Assembly (NCBI GenBank): GCA_964106915.2
Contig: OZ066929.1
DNA length: 64,000 bases
Origin: Podarcis gaigeae
Taxonomy: Eukaryota
Direction: 5' to 3' (one strand)
Shown: positions 40,301 through 64,000 of the stretch, in pieces
Layout: every line of letters starts with the position of its first letter
Numbering within the stretch: the first letter of the stretch is position 1
Position numbers and translations under genes: made by a program
The notes under the pieces: model-generated
What the model was told of the DNA's origin: nothing
The model's database searches: none
The model's input: the letters and a program-made list of their open reading frames with translations, nothing else

Positions 40301-43300
40301 TGTAGAAGGCCCAGCTGACAGCATGTAGCTTTAGTTAATCTTTGAAAGTTATCCCTGAAATGAAACGCCTTTAGGACATGGAACATGAAAGGCCTCTCAG
40401 AGTTCCAAAAATATTTTCATCTCCTAGGAACATTGTTGCTCCGTGTCCTGACTCCTTGCATCATCGTACTTCATCTTATTTTATCTTCTAATTCTCTGGG
40501 TTGGCCTGTTGGCTCTTCACCCAGCTACCTGGCGGACATGAAGCCAGTCTGGGTTTGGTCAGTGCTTGAATTGGAAGCCCCCATGAAAGCACTTTCATCT
40601 TGAATTATATGAGAGAACAGCAGGGTGTGAACATGCTTACAAAGTATGTTACTTCATCTGTTGGCTAATATAGAAGGCAAGATTTAGTAATTGCATTACT
40701 CTGATCTTGCTGTGACTTCTGCCGTGTTCCAGGATTTCGTTAATTTTATATCTGTTAAGACGGGGCATCTGTGGTGCCCTCCAGATGCTGTTAGACTGCA
40801 GCAGCCCATCCAGGCAGGACGACTAATGGTCAGGGTGATGGGGGTTCCAGTCAACAATGCCTCAAATGCTGCCATAGGTTCTCCATTCTTGGATTAAATC
40901 TGCTGGCTGGAGCTGATGGGCACTGTAGCCCAGCAACATCTGAAGGGCCTCAGGTTGGCTGAGGCTGTGCTAAGTGGTTTCACTAGAGCTCCAGCTAAGA
41001 GATGTGTGATGCTGCCATCTCACTCTGCCTCTGCTGTCCCCTTTGATTCCCTCCTCCAGGTGTGGAAGAGGAGCGGCCCAAGCACCTCTCCTCTCTCCAG
41101 CCCAGCATCCTCTCGTTCTCAGACACCTGAGAGGCCGAACAAAAAAGCAAGATACCCCAACGCCAGCCTCACGTGAGTGCACCTTCTCCCTGCCTGCTTG
41201 TGGCAGTGTGGGGCCAAGGCCGGGAAGGGCCAGGAGGCCAGCCGGGGGGGAGGGTTCAAGGACTCCCCCCCTTCCCCATGGTTCCCATCCAGCGCAACAC
41301 CTCCCTTTCCTTTCACATTGCCACAGTTTTCCTATGTTGATGCGCCCTCTGGAAAAGAGTGCTGTTTCTGAGTGAAAGCATTAGAGGTCTTGTACAAGAC
41401 CAACTTTGCCTTTGAATAGGCAAGGTCCCTCCTTTGGGTAGAAGGATTCTGTGAAATGGGAAAGCTGACTCCTTAATGTGGGTGTTTTGGGGCAGCACAA
41501 GGTACTTTTTATAGCAAGGGTCCTCCAAGGCATCCATTTCCTTAGCTACACCCCTTCACCTGCCAGAGTCTTGAGAGCAATGAGTCCTCAAGAGTCAGGT
41601 CTCACTGGCTTTCTCCTTTTGCTCCAGGGATGATGAGTCTCACCAGTCTATCAACTCCACACCTGTGAGGACAGACAAGGAGGCGCCAGCAGAGAAGAAT
41701 GAGTGTGAGTAGGCAGGTGGAGGGGGGCAGGGATGCTTTGCTAATAAAACGGTGGACATACCTGGAGCAGGAACCAGATGTGGCATTGATACTGTTGTGA
41801 TGATCTTAAAGGAAAAAACGAACAAATGCAAAACTCTTGGTGGGTGGAGCGGGCGAGTGGGCAGAATGTTTATCTCAATACAGGCTAGTTGGGAAGACTT
41901 TAGAATGGCCGGAGGCAGGGGATGTATCTTAACGTGTAGCAATCCAGATCTCCCTGGAGCTTCCACTATCCCTGGCCTTCAGCCACATTGGCTGTCAGGA
42001 GTGAGGGGAGTTGTCAGCAGCAATTTGGAGGGCTGGATGCTACACTTCTCAGCCACCCCATTTTAGAAGGTTTTTCCTCTCACTTCCCATGTTCACATTA
42101 TGTCCACCTGGGATTTATTAGAAGCTTAAAGTGACAATATTTAGAAACATGCCACCAGTGCTGCAGAATCCCAAGCCTCCTTTGGCTGGTCAGGGCCTCA
42201 TGCATAAAACCGTGGGCTTACCAACTCTGGCCTCTTCTTCTTACCAACTCTGGCCTCTTCTTCTTGCAGCAGCAGAGATGCCCCTGCGGAGCAGGCACAG
42301 CTCACCAGTGTCGCCACCTTCATCAGGCAGCACTGGTAAGCGCAAGCGGAAGATCCAGTTGCTCTCCACTCGGCGGGAAGATAATTTCACCATGGTACGC
42401 TCCTTCTGTTCCTTTTTCTGGACTTAGTTGGCCTTGAGGACAAGCTTGGAGTGAGAGAGAATGAGTGCCAAGCTCTTGACTCACTGCCTTTTGCCTTGAC
42501 TGAGTCAAAGGTTGCTGACCGCTTTGACTGCCCCTGGTGTAAACAAGGCTGAGCCAGGTAGACTGTCTTGGTGTCAGGCTGCTGCCTCTGCTGCCCCTTG
42601 GAGGGCTTTCCCTCCTTCCTCTGGGGGCCCACTGGACTGCCATGTCCCTCCTCTTCTCTCCACAGCCTCTTCCGCCTCAGCTGGGCTATTCTGTCACTTC
42701 TGCTGACCTGGATGCAGAAAAGAAGGCTGCTCTGCAGTGGTTCAACAGAGTCCTGGAGGACAAGACTGGTAGGAGCACCCCCTCCCCTCTGTGTATGAAC
42801 TGCCTCAAGTTTAGGGAGGGGAGGGCATTGGAATAAGGGGCTTGCAGAGTAAAATAAAACAGAAAGGTCCCTTTAGTGGCTCTCAGGAATAGCAGGTCTA
42901 TCAATTGGCTTTGTACATTTGGTTGCCTCCTTGGTTGTTGTGTTTGGGTGCCCCTGGGTTTATTCTGCATTTATATCCTGCTTAATATATTTTTTTTAAA
43001 GCCCCAAGCAGTCTGCTCCTTAAATTCTGGTCCTCCCCAACAGATTCCACTCCCAGACTCTCAGTTCCGATGACCTCACCACCCAGCACCCTGTCTTTTG
43101 GGACAGTACCTAACAAGTCCACCGCTGTGTCGCTGGCTGTCACAGCTGCCAGCACCAACCCCCTCCTGGAGAGCCTGAAGAAGATGCAAGATAGGCAGAG
43201 CTCCTCAGGGCAAGCTGGTGAGTGGTTTGGGGAGGCCTTGGGGGATGATAGTAGCTTGGCTATGATGTGATTGAGGGTGCAGCTCTTCCCAAGGGCATCC

Positions 43301-46300
43301 TGCCTTCCTCCTGCATAAACCTAGCCATGCTGGTTTGGAAAGGGGTGTGTGAGGGAGGGAGGGAGATTCCAGAGGGGTTTTTATCTTGTGGAGGGCACCT
43401 GATGACCCTGGGGGCTAAAGCATCCAAGATACCTGGTTTCTTTAAGGCATCATACCATTAAAAGCTGATCAATTACAGTTTCTCAAGGGGGCACAAAAAA
43501 TAGCTTGGGTGACACTTCCTTTCAAGGAGTTGGAATTTCGTACCTTGGGAGCTTCTCTAATTTGGAGTGCCTTCTTGCAGGAGAACCTCTTCCAGGGTTG
43601 CCAGCCTGATGTTGATTTCTACCACCTACCCCAGCCAACCACAGCCAGTCACTAGGCATGATGGGAGCTGTAGTCCAACCACGTGGGGAGAGGGCGCCTA
43701 CTTGGCTGCCCCTGCTCTACGTGTGTGTGCTCTATAAGGCATCTTTCCCTTTCTGAGATTGCAGTTCCTATCCGCCACAGCCAGCAGTGCTGTATAATGT
43801 TGGGACTGGAGGAAGCTGAACAGTGTTAGCCCACAGCTGGTGGGAGTTTCAGTCGCAGGTGGCTGTTCTTAACGTGGTCTGTGGAATCCCCGCTCCTATG
43901 TGCGATAGACTTGCTTGTAGCTTCATGAAGAGTTTTCCTTGAGGAATGTCCAATCTTGTTAAGATCAGGGTGACCTTAAGTCTCAGGTCAAAACTAGCTG
44001 GTTACTCTAAGCCACTTTCCAGGGATTAATGGACAAAGTTAACTACATCAGAGGAGGTGAGGAGAGAGAGGTTGGCACAGTATTCTGGAATTCCTGACAT
44101 GTTTCTTGAGGGCACAGACTTCCCTCCCCCACAATTTGCTTCTTTGCCGTGTGCAGATGTTAGTTTCTGTCAAGACAGATAATTTACTGTAAGTCTCGGC
44201 CCTCTTCAACCTCCCTGTATGTAATCACAGCTGGGGTGGCTGAAGGAGAATATACAAGTTGCAGGATTTAACATTTGACACTGCATCTTAAAGGCAAGCT
44301 GAAGACTGTGATATCTGATGAAGGAGGAGGCTGGGTGGGCATTGAGAGAAAATAGTGGTTGTCTGATGCAAAACAGAGAACCGTTGTTAATGAGCTTTCC
44401 CTGTTGAGCAGCATTTCCTCTCTGGTATAGTGACAATGCTCTTCCTCCCCTGCTATTCCAGGTCCTGGCTCTGCTGCAGAGACCCCTCCACTGTCAGCTC
44501 CTTCTCCTTCCCTGGATTTGGGCTCTTCCATGCCCATGAGCTCCCCTGAGGTGACCAAGGCCCCACTGTTGTCACTCGGTGTGCCAGCGCCCCTGGCTAC
44601 TACAGCACTGTCTTCTTCCTCCAGTGCTGCCCAGCCTGCCAGCAGCACCTGCAGCCCAATGGCTGCCTCCTCTTCTGAGCTGGGCCAGACTCCAGCACGG
44701 CCTGCCTCTGCCCCGAAGCCCAGCACCCTCTTTGGGATTCTTACTAGCCCTCCTGCAGCCCCTGTGTCAACAACAACGACTGCCTCTCCTGCACCTGAGG
44801 CAGCACCCATGTTCAAGCCCGTCTTTGGCAGCCTAGTGAAGAGCGAGGGGCTGGGTTTCTCCATGAGTAGCACCACCACGACTGGGCCTGCCCCACCTAC
44901 TGGGACTCTGCCCTCCTCCTTGGCTGCTCCTCCTGTCACTTCCAGCAGCACTTTCAAGCCCGTATTTGGGGCTCCGCCCCCACCAGCCACCTCAGCTCTT
45001 CCTGCAACAGTGGCAGCTGCCTCGCCTTTCACCTTCCAGCCGGCGCCCGTGCCCACCCTGCCCGCCAGCAACTCCACCACCACAGCCACACCTGGGTTCC
45101 CCATTCCCCTGGAGGCCACTGTGACCACCACTGCAGCAGCTCTGCTCTCCACCACAGCCAACTCCACAGCAGTCTCCTCAAGCAAGGCAGTCTTTGGCTT
45201 TGGGCCCTCCATGCCGGCCTCCACAGCTGCACCTAGCAGCACCTCTGCCACCGCACCAGCATCATCCCAGCATCCCTCGCTCTTTGGGGCCCCATCCACT
45301 AGCGGCACTGCTCCCCTTTTCCAATTTGGCAAGCAGGTTGCCCCCACAGGTCCCACTCTCAGCCCCTTGGTGAGCTCTGCCTTCAGCCAGGCACCCTCCT
45401 GCAACACAGAGGCGGCTCCCAGCAACACCACTACCACCACGGCAGGCTTCAGCCTCTTCGGCAACAGCAGCGCCACAACGGCCCCTTCAGCCACAACACA
45501 GCCTCCCCTGATGTTTGGGTCCGGTGCCTCTGCATTCACAGGGGGCTTTGGCACGGCTTCCAAGCCACCGCCTCCATACCCAACGGACACCAGCCAGCTG
45601 GCTTTGGACACAACAGTTGCCGAGAGTCAGCAGGCAGCCACCAAGCCATCTGCAGGGCCTGTGAGCTTTGAATCTCATTTCAGCTTTTCCCAGCCAGCGG
45701 CCCAACCAGCTTTTGGCAGCCCCTCACAGACACCCTTCAGTGGGACTGGGCCCCTACCATCCTTTGGCGCAAAAAGCACCACCCAGCCAGCGTTTGGAGC
45801 CACCACCTCTGTCTTCTCCTTTGGGACGGCCACGACCTCAGCCACGTCGGGCTTTGGGTCCAACACTCAGACCACGAGCAGCAACAGCAGTGCAGGAGGC
45901 CCGGTGTTTGGGAGCTCAGCTCCCACTCCCTTCAGCTTTGGGGCAGCCAACCAGGGCCCTGGAGCAGTCAATGCCTTTGGCATGGGTGCAGCTGCTGCTG
46001 CTGGCACTGCAGGTCCCGGAGCGGCTCCCGTGAGCTTTAGCTTTGGCAGTGGACAGATTGGGGCAGCAGGGGCAGCGGCAGCGGCAACACCCTTTGGATC
46101 TTCTTTGGCACAAAACCCTCTGGGGGCCCAGAGCCAGAGCTCTGGTTTCGCTTTCAACATCCCTGGCACGCAAGAGAGCAAGCCAGCCTTTGGAGGTGAG
46201 TCGTTCCCCAACCTGGGATGGACACACATACCTGGGTCCTGGGCAAGGGAGGTGGAGGGCAGGGTGAGTCTGCTGCAGCCATGCCCCTAGCTCCTTTCTC

Positions 46301-47435
46301 TCCAGGGTTGGCCGCCTTTAAAAAACAGGTTGTAAATACGACTGCATTTGCTCGCTGTCACCATTCTTCACCCTCTTCTCTTTGCAAAGCCTGAGAATTT
46401 GTGAGACAGTGTCAGGCACAATCTGTTAAACGTAGGGGAAGGGAGGAGAGAACCGCTTTCCCTGCCACATGGATGTTCTGTGTACACTCACTCCCCTGAA
46501 TCCAGGTCTTACATCCATGCTCCTCCCTCCCTCCTTATTTCCATCCCTTTTCCTCCACTCCTAGTTTAAAGTTTTAGATCTTCCCAAAGCCTGGATTTTG
46601 ACAGCAGAATAAATCATGCAAAGTCTCTGGGTGTTCACAGATGCCGAGGTTTTTATGCTTTGCTGGACTCGCTCTGCCTTCCTGCTGGGCTTTGGAGCAT
46701 GAAGCTTCAGTCCTCCATGTCAGTGACAGACTGAGGCATGTTGAGAGAGGAGGGGGACATTTCTCCCTTGGCTGGGAGACAGGCGGGTCCAGACTGACCT
46801 GCCTCATTCTGTCCAATTGGCCTTGCATAGGAGGGCAAAGGCAGAGAAGGACTGGCTCTTTTATTCCCAGTCCCATGCAGTAAAGCGCAGAGACTAGCAT
46901 CTTGGCTTTGTTTCCCCTTGGATGCATGTCCCTACTCTGGTGGGCCTCTCATTTCACCACCTTTTGGTCTTCTAGGAGCTCCACCACCCACATTTGGGCA
47001 GAGCTCGCCGGCACCAGGAGCGGGCACAGTGGGGGGCAGCACCCTTTCCTTTGGATCATCCATCACCCCCACCTTTGGAAGTACCGGACCTCCTTTTGGT
47101 AAGAGTCTGGGAAGATGAGCAGAGTTTTATGGGGCAGGATTTCTGTCTGCTTCCTTGCTCCCATGAACGTGAGGGGGCTGGGTGAATGGGGGGGCTGTGG
47201 GATACCCCAACATACATTTCCCCCTCATCCAGCTGGCCCTACATGGCAGAAGGGGCTGTTGCTGTGAGCCCTCTGACTTCGGTCTACGTAGCCGAGACTG
47301 ATATAGGGGCTTCTTGTTGCTTCTCTGTCTTTCCCTGCAGGACCCCCAGCCCCCACCTTCTCCATTGGGGCAGGATCCAAGACTGGCTCCCGCCAGCGGC
47401 TACAAGCCCGGAGGCAGCACACCCGAAAGAAGTAG
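33802..47435 (+). CDS. POM121: Nuclear envelope pore membrane protein POM121 (transmembrane FG-nucleoporin), spliced, ~1219 aa
   Basis: Exons: 33802-34265, 37269-37484, 38080-38259, 39164-39244, 39677-39851, 41060-41172, 41628-41704, 42270-42394, 42666-42768, 43044-43217, 44462-46195, 46976-47098, 47341-47435. Total 3660 nt, in frame. N-terminal hydrophobic segment [20 protein letters not shown]; [83 protein letters not shown]; a 1.7-kb S/T/P-rich exon with many FG/FSFG repeats; C-terminus [25 protein letters not shown]. The start ATG is inferred. Confidence 0.94.
38682..38758. repeat. (GGTTT)n pentanucleotide microsatellite, ~15 units
   Basis: Directly visible in POM121 intron 3. Confidence 0.95.
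42218..42263. repeat. 23-bp perfect tandem duplication
   Basis: ttaccaactctggcctcttcttc x2, immediately before the POM121 exon 8 acceptor. Confidence 0.95.
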
Positions 47436-47692
47436 CCAAGAGAGACTTCCTGGCTGGGCTCCAGCTCCCAGCCAACCTGCTGTCGGGCCTAGACTGGCCT
47501 GGGCACAGCACCTGCCCAACGGAGGCTGCTGCTTCTACAGCTCACCCTCAGCAGGACTGACTGGCCTAGGGGCCACGTTGTCTGTGACGTCCACAGGAAG
47601 TTACCCAGAGCAATTTTTACCCCCTCAAACGGGACAGGAGAAACCAAGCCCTTTTTACTTGAACAGTCCATGACTGAGTCTGGATTAAATTT

Positions 47693-47700
47693 TGTACATA
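47693..47700 (+). promoter_or_regulatory. Pumilio response element (UGUACAUA) in the POM121 3'UTR
   Basis: Exact UGUANAUA match ~260 nt after the stop. A single 8-mer, so it may be chance. Confidence 0.35.
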
Positions 47701-49775
47701 TCGGCTACTTTCCCTTTCCCCATGTGAGCAGCCCCCTGTGGATCCCTCCTCCCTCCCATCCACCTTCTTGCCTTACCTCAACCTGCTCCCTTTTTTGGCT
47801 GCCAAGGGATGGCAGTGAGCCAGGAGGAGGTCAGCAGCAGTGTGCCAGTTTCCACCTGGAGCCCCCTCCCCTCTTCCTGGAGTCAAGTGGCAGAAGGTTC
47901 TCCTGATCCAGGGCACCAAGGGCTTGGGGTCCTTTTCCGATGATGCTGTGGCCCACGCCACCTTCAGAGCCCCTTTGCAGCTGGCAAAACCACCTTGCCG
48001 AGGCTCCATGGTTGCAGTCACTGTGCTGGGGGCCCTTCGCTGAAACACTAATCACTGTTCCTCCATGGCTGGGACCCCCTCTGCAGTCAGGGAGATGCTG
48101 GGGTGGGAGTGAAGAGGTAGCTCCCCACCTCACCCCCTTGCTGCTGCTGCTTCACTTGAGCCCCTGCCCTCTTCCATCTCCCCCCCCCCCCTCATCCGTC
48201 TGTCTATTCTGCTCACAGAATGTGTTCTTTCTTTCCCTTTCCTTTTTTTTTTTCTCAATTGCTCTGTGAATCGAGTTTGGAGGAAGAATTTAATTGTATG
48301 TGTGGCGGCATGTTGGTAATGCCGGACTTGCTGTAAACATTTCTTTTGGGGGGTGGCTGTCTTGTCTCCAAGGGAGACGAACCCCGCCGAATTGGGTGTG
48401 GACGGTGGTGGTAGCAGCATCGCTGCTGCATGGCTACGTGTGCTGAGTGGAGCCAAGCACTCGGGAGTTTTCAGACTGGGAGGCTGGCAGTGCTAAGCAG
48501 GGGGCGGCTCTGTGTGTGTCATCTGGGAGGAGGAGAGGGAGGTGAAGCAAGGCTGCTCTCCCTAGCAGGGCTGCACACCTCCAGCGCCTTTGACTCCCTG
48601 CACTGGATTTTGGTGGGAGAGAAGAGGCTCTAATGTGGGAGGGCTCTGCAGTCTGCCAGGGTTGCCATGGCACAACGCCGGCTGCCCTACTACACAGCAC
48701 TGCTTGCAAAAGGCTCCAGCAAGCAAAAGAGCACCCCCTCCTCTTCTAAGGAGCTCCCTTCATTTTGGGAAAGAACATCCCAGCTCCTCTCCCCCCCCCC
48801 ACCTCCCTCTTGAAGCGCGAAAGTGCAGTGTCTGCCAGCTTTTTTCATACAGTGGAGACAACGGTGTGAGAGTGTGTGCGTGAGCCTGCCTAATTCTAAA
48901 TTTAAGGAAAAAAATATTTAAACATTTTTTAACAAAATGAAACTTTATTTTTGTATTTAAGCTAAATTGCCTTTGAATTCCTTCAAGCTTGGTTCATAGA
49001 AGTGTGTGAAAGTGCAAAGCTGTTCATTAGGAAATTAGCTGGGGTGGGGAGCTCTGAGGAGCGGGAGGCGGCTGGGCTGCAACAGTCTCAGGCTGGGAGC
49101 CCCTCGCCTGCCTCCTTCCCCCCCCCCATCCCATTCCATATTCTTGTTTTATAATGTGGATGTGGCTTTGTCTGTCCTGTAATGCTTGAGAGCTCTTGCA
49201 CATTTAGAAGGTGCCTGGCATGGGGGGTGAGTGTTCTGTCTGGGCTATTGGAGAGGCAGTAGCCAAAAGCTTCCATCCAGCCCCTGGATGCGGGGTGGGG
49301 GAGGTTTCTAAAAGAACGAGGCTTCCACAGATCACTGCCTTGTGGATAAATGATATTGGCATGCTGGTAGTAAGCAGAGCAGTGCCTTGCTATGGGAATG
49401 GTGCTGTCTTTAAGAACCCCCTTTGTATCCCTCCCCAAAAGAAACCCAATTTTGTGAAGGTGGAGACAACAGGTGCTTCCTGAGCTCGGGCTGCCTCTCT
49501 CCCTTTACCTCAGTCACGTCTCTGCCCAGCCAGGTAGCTGAGCTTGCTAAGGGAAACAGCTTGGGACCCTCCCCGCCACCCCAGGCTGCATCCTTTCCAT
49601 TGATTGCGTGCAGAGTGCCAGCGTCAACTGTGTGAGTGGGATGACGTCTGTGAGGATGGGGAGAATGATTGACTTTTTTTAAAAAAAGAAAATGTCGCAA
49701 TGAAGACTTGGATCATTCCTGTTGAGGGTTTTAGCGTGAATGTGCAATTTCTTTTCCTTGCTTATGTTGATTTAA

Positions 49776-49781
49776 AATAAA
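49776..49781 (+). terminator. Candidate POM121 poly(A) signal AATAAA
   Basis: AATAAA after a U-rich tract, followed by GT-rich gtgtctttctgtttt. Confidence 0.55.
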
Positions 49782-50204
49782 ACAAAACTGCTTGAGATGG
49801 AGAGTGTCTTTCTGTTTTAGCGGGAGGTATTTCCCAAAGGCAGCAGCAGCCAACTCACCCCTGGGTTTTCCTGAATGATGGAGGAGGTCTGCCCACTTCA
49901 GATGGATCGGCATAGCACAAAATTATTTCCTTATTTATACTCCAGCAAAGGCAACACACATGTCATTCCCAAGCAGGTAATAGGCCACTGACCTTGCTTA
50001 GCTTCAGTGACGTTGGGTCTGTACCTGCAGACTGCACGTTCTGGGCAGACAGAAGTGGCAAAGACCAGTAGTTTCAAGACAGCTCCTTCCCAGAGTAGAA
50101 TTAAACAGTGCGGGGTGGGTGCCTTTTAAGTTACAGCACCCACCACCCTAATAATGGCCAGTCCACTATCTTCATCTACCAACATCCTGCCATGATTCAC
50201 AACA

Positions 50205-50265
50205 CTCTGGAATAAATTGGAGAAGGGGGGAGAATAACACTTCTGTGCAAACTTTTATTCCAGAG
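50205..50265. terminator. Inverted-repeat pair of poly(A) hexamers (+ 50211-50216; - 50259-50254); the minus copy is the probable NSUN5 signal
   Basis: CTCTGGAATAAA (50205-50216) and TTTATTCCAGAG (50254-50265) are exact reverse complements. The minus hexamer is ~90 nt past the NSUN5 stop. Confidence 0.6.
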
Positions 50266-50351
50266 CCTGCAAAGTTCTCTGGTGCCGACTTCCTATAGCA
50301 GAGTCTGTGCTGTCTTGTAATTGTCTTTACAAATCAGTCCTACAAGGCTTC

Positions 50352-57116
<6,765 letters not shown>

Positions 57117-59437
57117 GGCGCCAAGCTCTGAACGCGCATGCGCCGGGAAAGGGAGCCGCGCATGCTCGCGGGTGGGTTAGCGGAGATCTCGTAGAGCTGC
57201 GAATGTTAGACGTTCGTTGCTCGACGAGTTTCCGGGTTCTATGTGGCTTTCTTCACAGCCGCCAGTGCTTCCCCAAAAAAATCCTCGGAGAGAAATCAAA
57301 GGCTTCGGCAGCACGCCGGCTTCAAGCTCCACATCCCAATGCAGAACGATGCGCAGTGTAACGCAATGGCACGTGTCTACTTGCAATAACGGGGCTCCAT
57401 TGAGTTCAGTGGCTCTTACTCCCAGGGAAGTATGTGTAGGGCTGCAGCCTGAAAACACTTGTACTGTATACCGCTTTCAGCCTCAAAAGGCTCAATAAGT
57501 GGCTCAATTATATAATCAGATTTCTTACCTGTGCCCCCGCCTTTACCATCAGGCCGCACATAGTTATAAGACAGGACCATAAAGCAAGAAAAGTGCAAAA
57601 ACGATTATAAAGAGTTCTATAGGTAGAACAATTGAGAACAATTCTGTGTATGAAAACTATTCCAACGGTGACAAAAAAAGTCAAATAAAACCAGGCACAG
57701 GACTTGAAATTGCCTGCTGCCTTTCTAGGGAAGCAGGATAATCTAGGCAAAGTTGCAGCAGGCTGCCCCTCCCAAACAAGATTTTGGGGTTGAGCAACTG
57801 GAAGTCCCCCAGGCCCCTGCAGGAAGGAACTTGTCCCTTGGTGGGAACTGCTGACAGGGAGCAGCTCTCCTTAAGGTCCTCTGACCCCACTGCACAGACA
57901 TCTGTCAAAGGCAGAACCGGTCCTGGCACAAGGCCCCCTTTCTAAGAGTCAGCACAACCAGGACCCTCAGCAGATAGCTGAGATGAAACTCTTTTTGAGG
58001 CACGTTTCACCTTACCCAGGAGAGACAGAGACAGAGACCTAGCTAGCTCCCACCAAACAGGGACCAGCCTAACACCTCTTGCTCCCCCTCCCATTACTCT
58101 CTCGTTTACTTTTTGCAATTTTGGTGGCCATCAAGGAAACTTGGGGTTCACTGAACCCCGAGAGGTCAGCAAGGCTGCTTTTGTACAACTTTATTTCTCT
58201 TCTGAGGAACATCAGCATTGGAGACTTCAAGTCAACCCTGCAACAATAAGGCTGGAAAAAAGTAATGTCTGAGCCAGAAGTCTTATCTGTTGCCAGTTAG
58301 CGGGTAACCGTAAAGAAGTCTTTGGCACTTGATGGACAAATAAATGAGTGCCAGGCGGGGCCAGGCCAGGGTGTGTGGGGAGGAGAGCAAACCTTTTGCA
58401 AGGTGAACATTCAAGGTAAAGGTGCAGACACATGAATGTGTGGGTGTGCTGCTGTCCTCTGATGTTCACGGTAACTGGTGTGGCTCAGAGTTCCCGCTTG
58501 GGAGACACATGGATTGATTTGAGGGGGTAGAAGTAGTTGACTCTTTGCGGACAGGAGCATTTCCCCAAAAGGAAGGGTCTCTGAATCCCAAGCCTTGGCG
58601 TTTTCTAAGCCCTGTGATTACGGGTGAAGGGCAAGTGAGCAAGGAAGACGGAAAGCAAAAGGCAACTGAGCTGTGGAAGGTAAGGATGCTCTCCTTGGTC
58701 AACACAGGTTGGCAGCAATGGCTTGCCAGGGCTTCAGATGGGGCTGCTCCTTGTCCTACCTGGAGATGCCAATGGGGATTGAACCAGGGACAGGTACTCT
58801 GCCACTGAGCAAAGGTCCTTCCCCAAGGTTGATGGGAGTCATCAGAGACCCACCAACTCTGGAGGTCCACCACGGGTTCACCATCTCTGCACTTAAGGGG
58901 GTTACAATTCTGCTGTCACTCTTGCTTCCTCAACATCTTTTAACTGTCCCTCTTCCACCACTGAAGAAAACACACACTATTCCCCTCTCAGCTCTGTAAT
59001 GCCCTTCCCAAGCAAATTTGTTGCATCTCTTTAAAAGAGTCAGAGAGCCCTGCAGCATTGCTGCCTGAAGGCTGGTGCCTCTGGGACTGCAGAGCACTTC
59101 TGATGTCTTCAAGCAAAGGAGCCAGGTGCTGATCTCCTGATAAGTATGGAATGAGAGTTACCTGGATGCTAACCTTCCTTCCTCCCTTCCTGTTTTCATG
59201 ACTCAGGAGCAAATTAATTTCCCCCAGTCCCAGCCTTGTTATTTTGCTTTGCGTGTGCTCAGGGGCACTCTTACTTCTCCCTAAGATTGCATTGCTTCTT
59301 TACTTGTCATCTTATCAGTTCTTGTTCATTGCAGGAGGTCTGTTAATTAGGAGGAACAAGAATTGCTCTCATTTCCCCTTGCCCCCCACAACTGGAGTTT
59401 CCCACGACAGGGCACTGGGCTTCCAGGACTAGGTTAA

Positions 59438-64000
<4,563 letters not shown>

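Noticed and set aside
41152-41160. AT at a POM121 exon boundary as a second AT-AC intron
   Set aside because: ATACCCCAA lacks the U12 consensus ATATCCTT and the intron ends in AG; a canonical in-frame GT donor lies 21 nt downstream.
44268-45611. 447-aa minus-strand ORF
   Set aside because: Antisense shadow of the GC-rich, low-complexity POM121 FG exon; no recognisable domain or independent gene structure.

Overview
Eukaryotic genomic DNA, most likely a squamate reptile (BovB, young L2, L1, CR1, hAT MITEs and tRNA-derived SINEs). It covers the conserved block orthologous to the flank of the mammalian Williams-Beuren region. Four spliced genes can be assembled exon by exon with consistent phases: HIP1 (+, coding exons 2-31; exon 1 is upstream of the window), POM121 (+, complete, 13 exons, ~1219 aa), NSUN5 (-, complete, 10 exons, ~477 aa) and TRIM50 (+, runs off the right edge in the PRY/SPRY exon). 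Most entries in the six-frame ORF track are exon fragments or noise. I see no new multi-gene system. The most notable observations are: an AT-AC minor-spliceosome intron in HIP1; a perfect 12-bp inverted repeat placing one AATAAA on each strand between the convergent POM121 and NSUN5; TRIM50 lying head-to-head with NSUN5 (tandem in human and mouse as I recall); a GC donor and an apparently shifted start codon in NSUN5; an apparently slid splice donor in POM121; a possible internal HIP1 promoter; and a perfect-hairpin hAT MITE family carrying ZNF143-like motifs. Comparisons with human proteins and gene order are from memory, not from a search.
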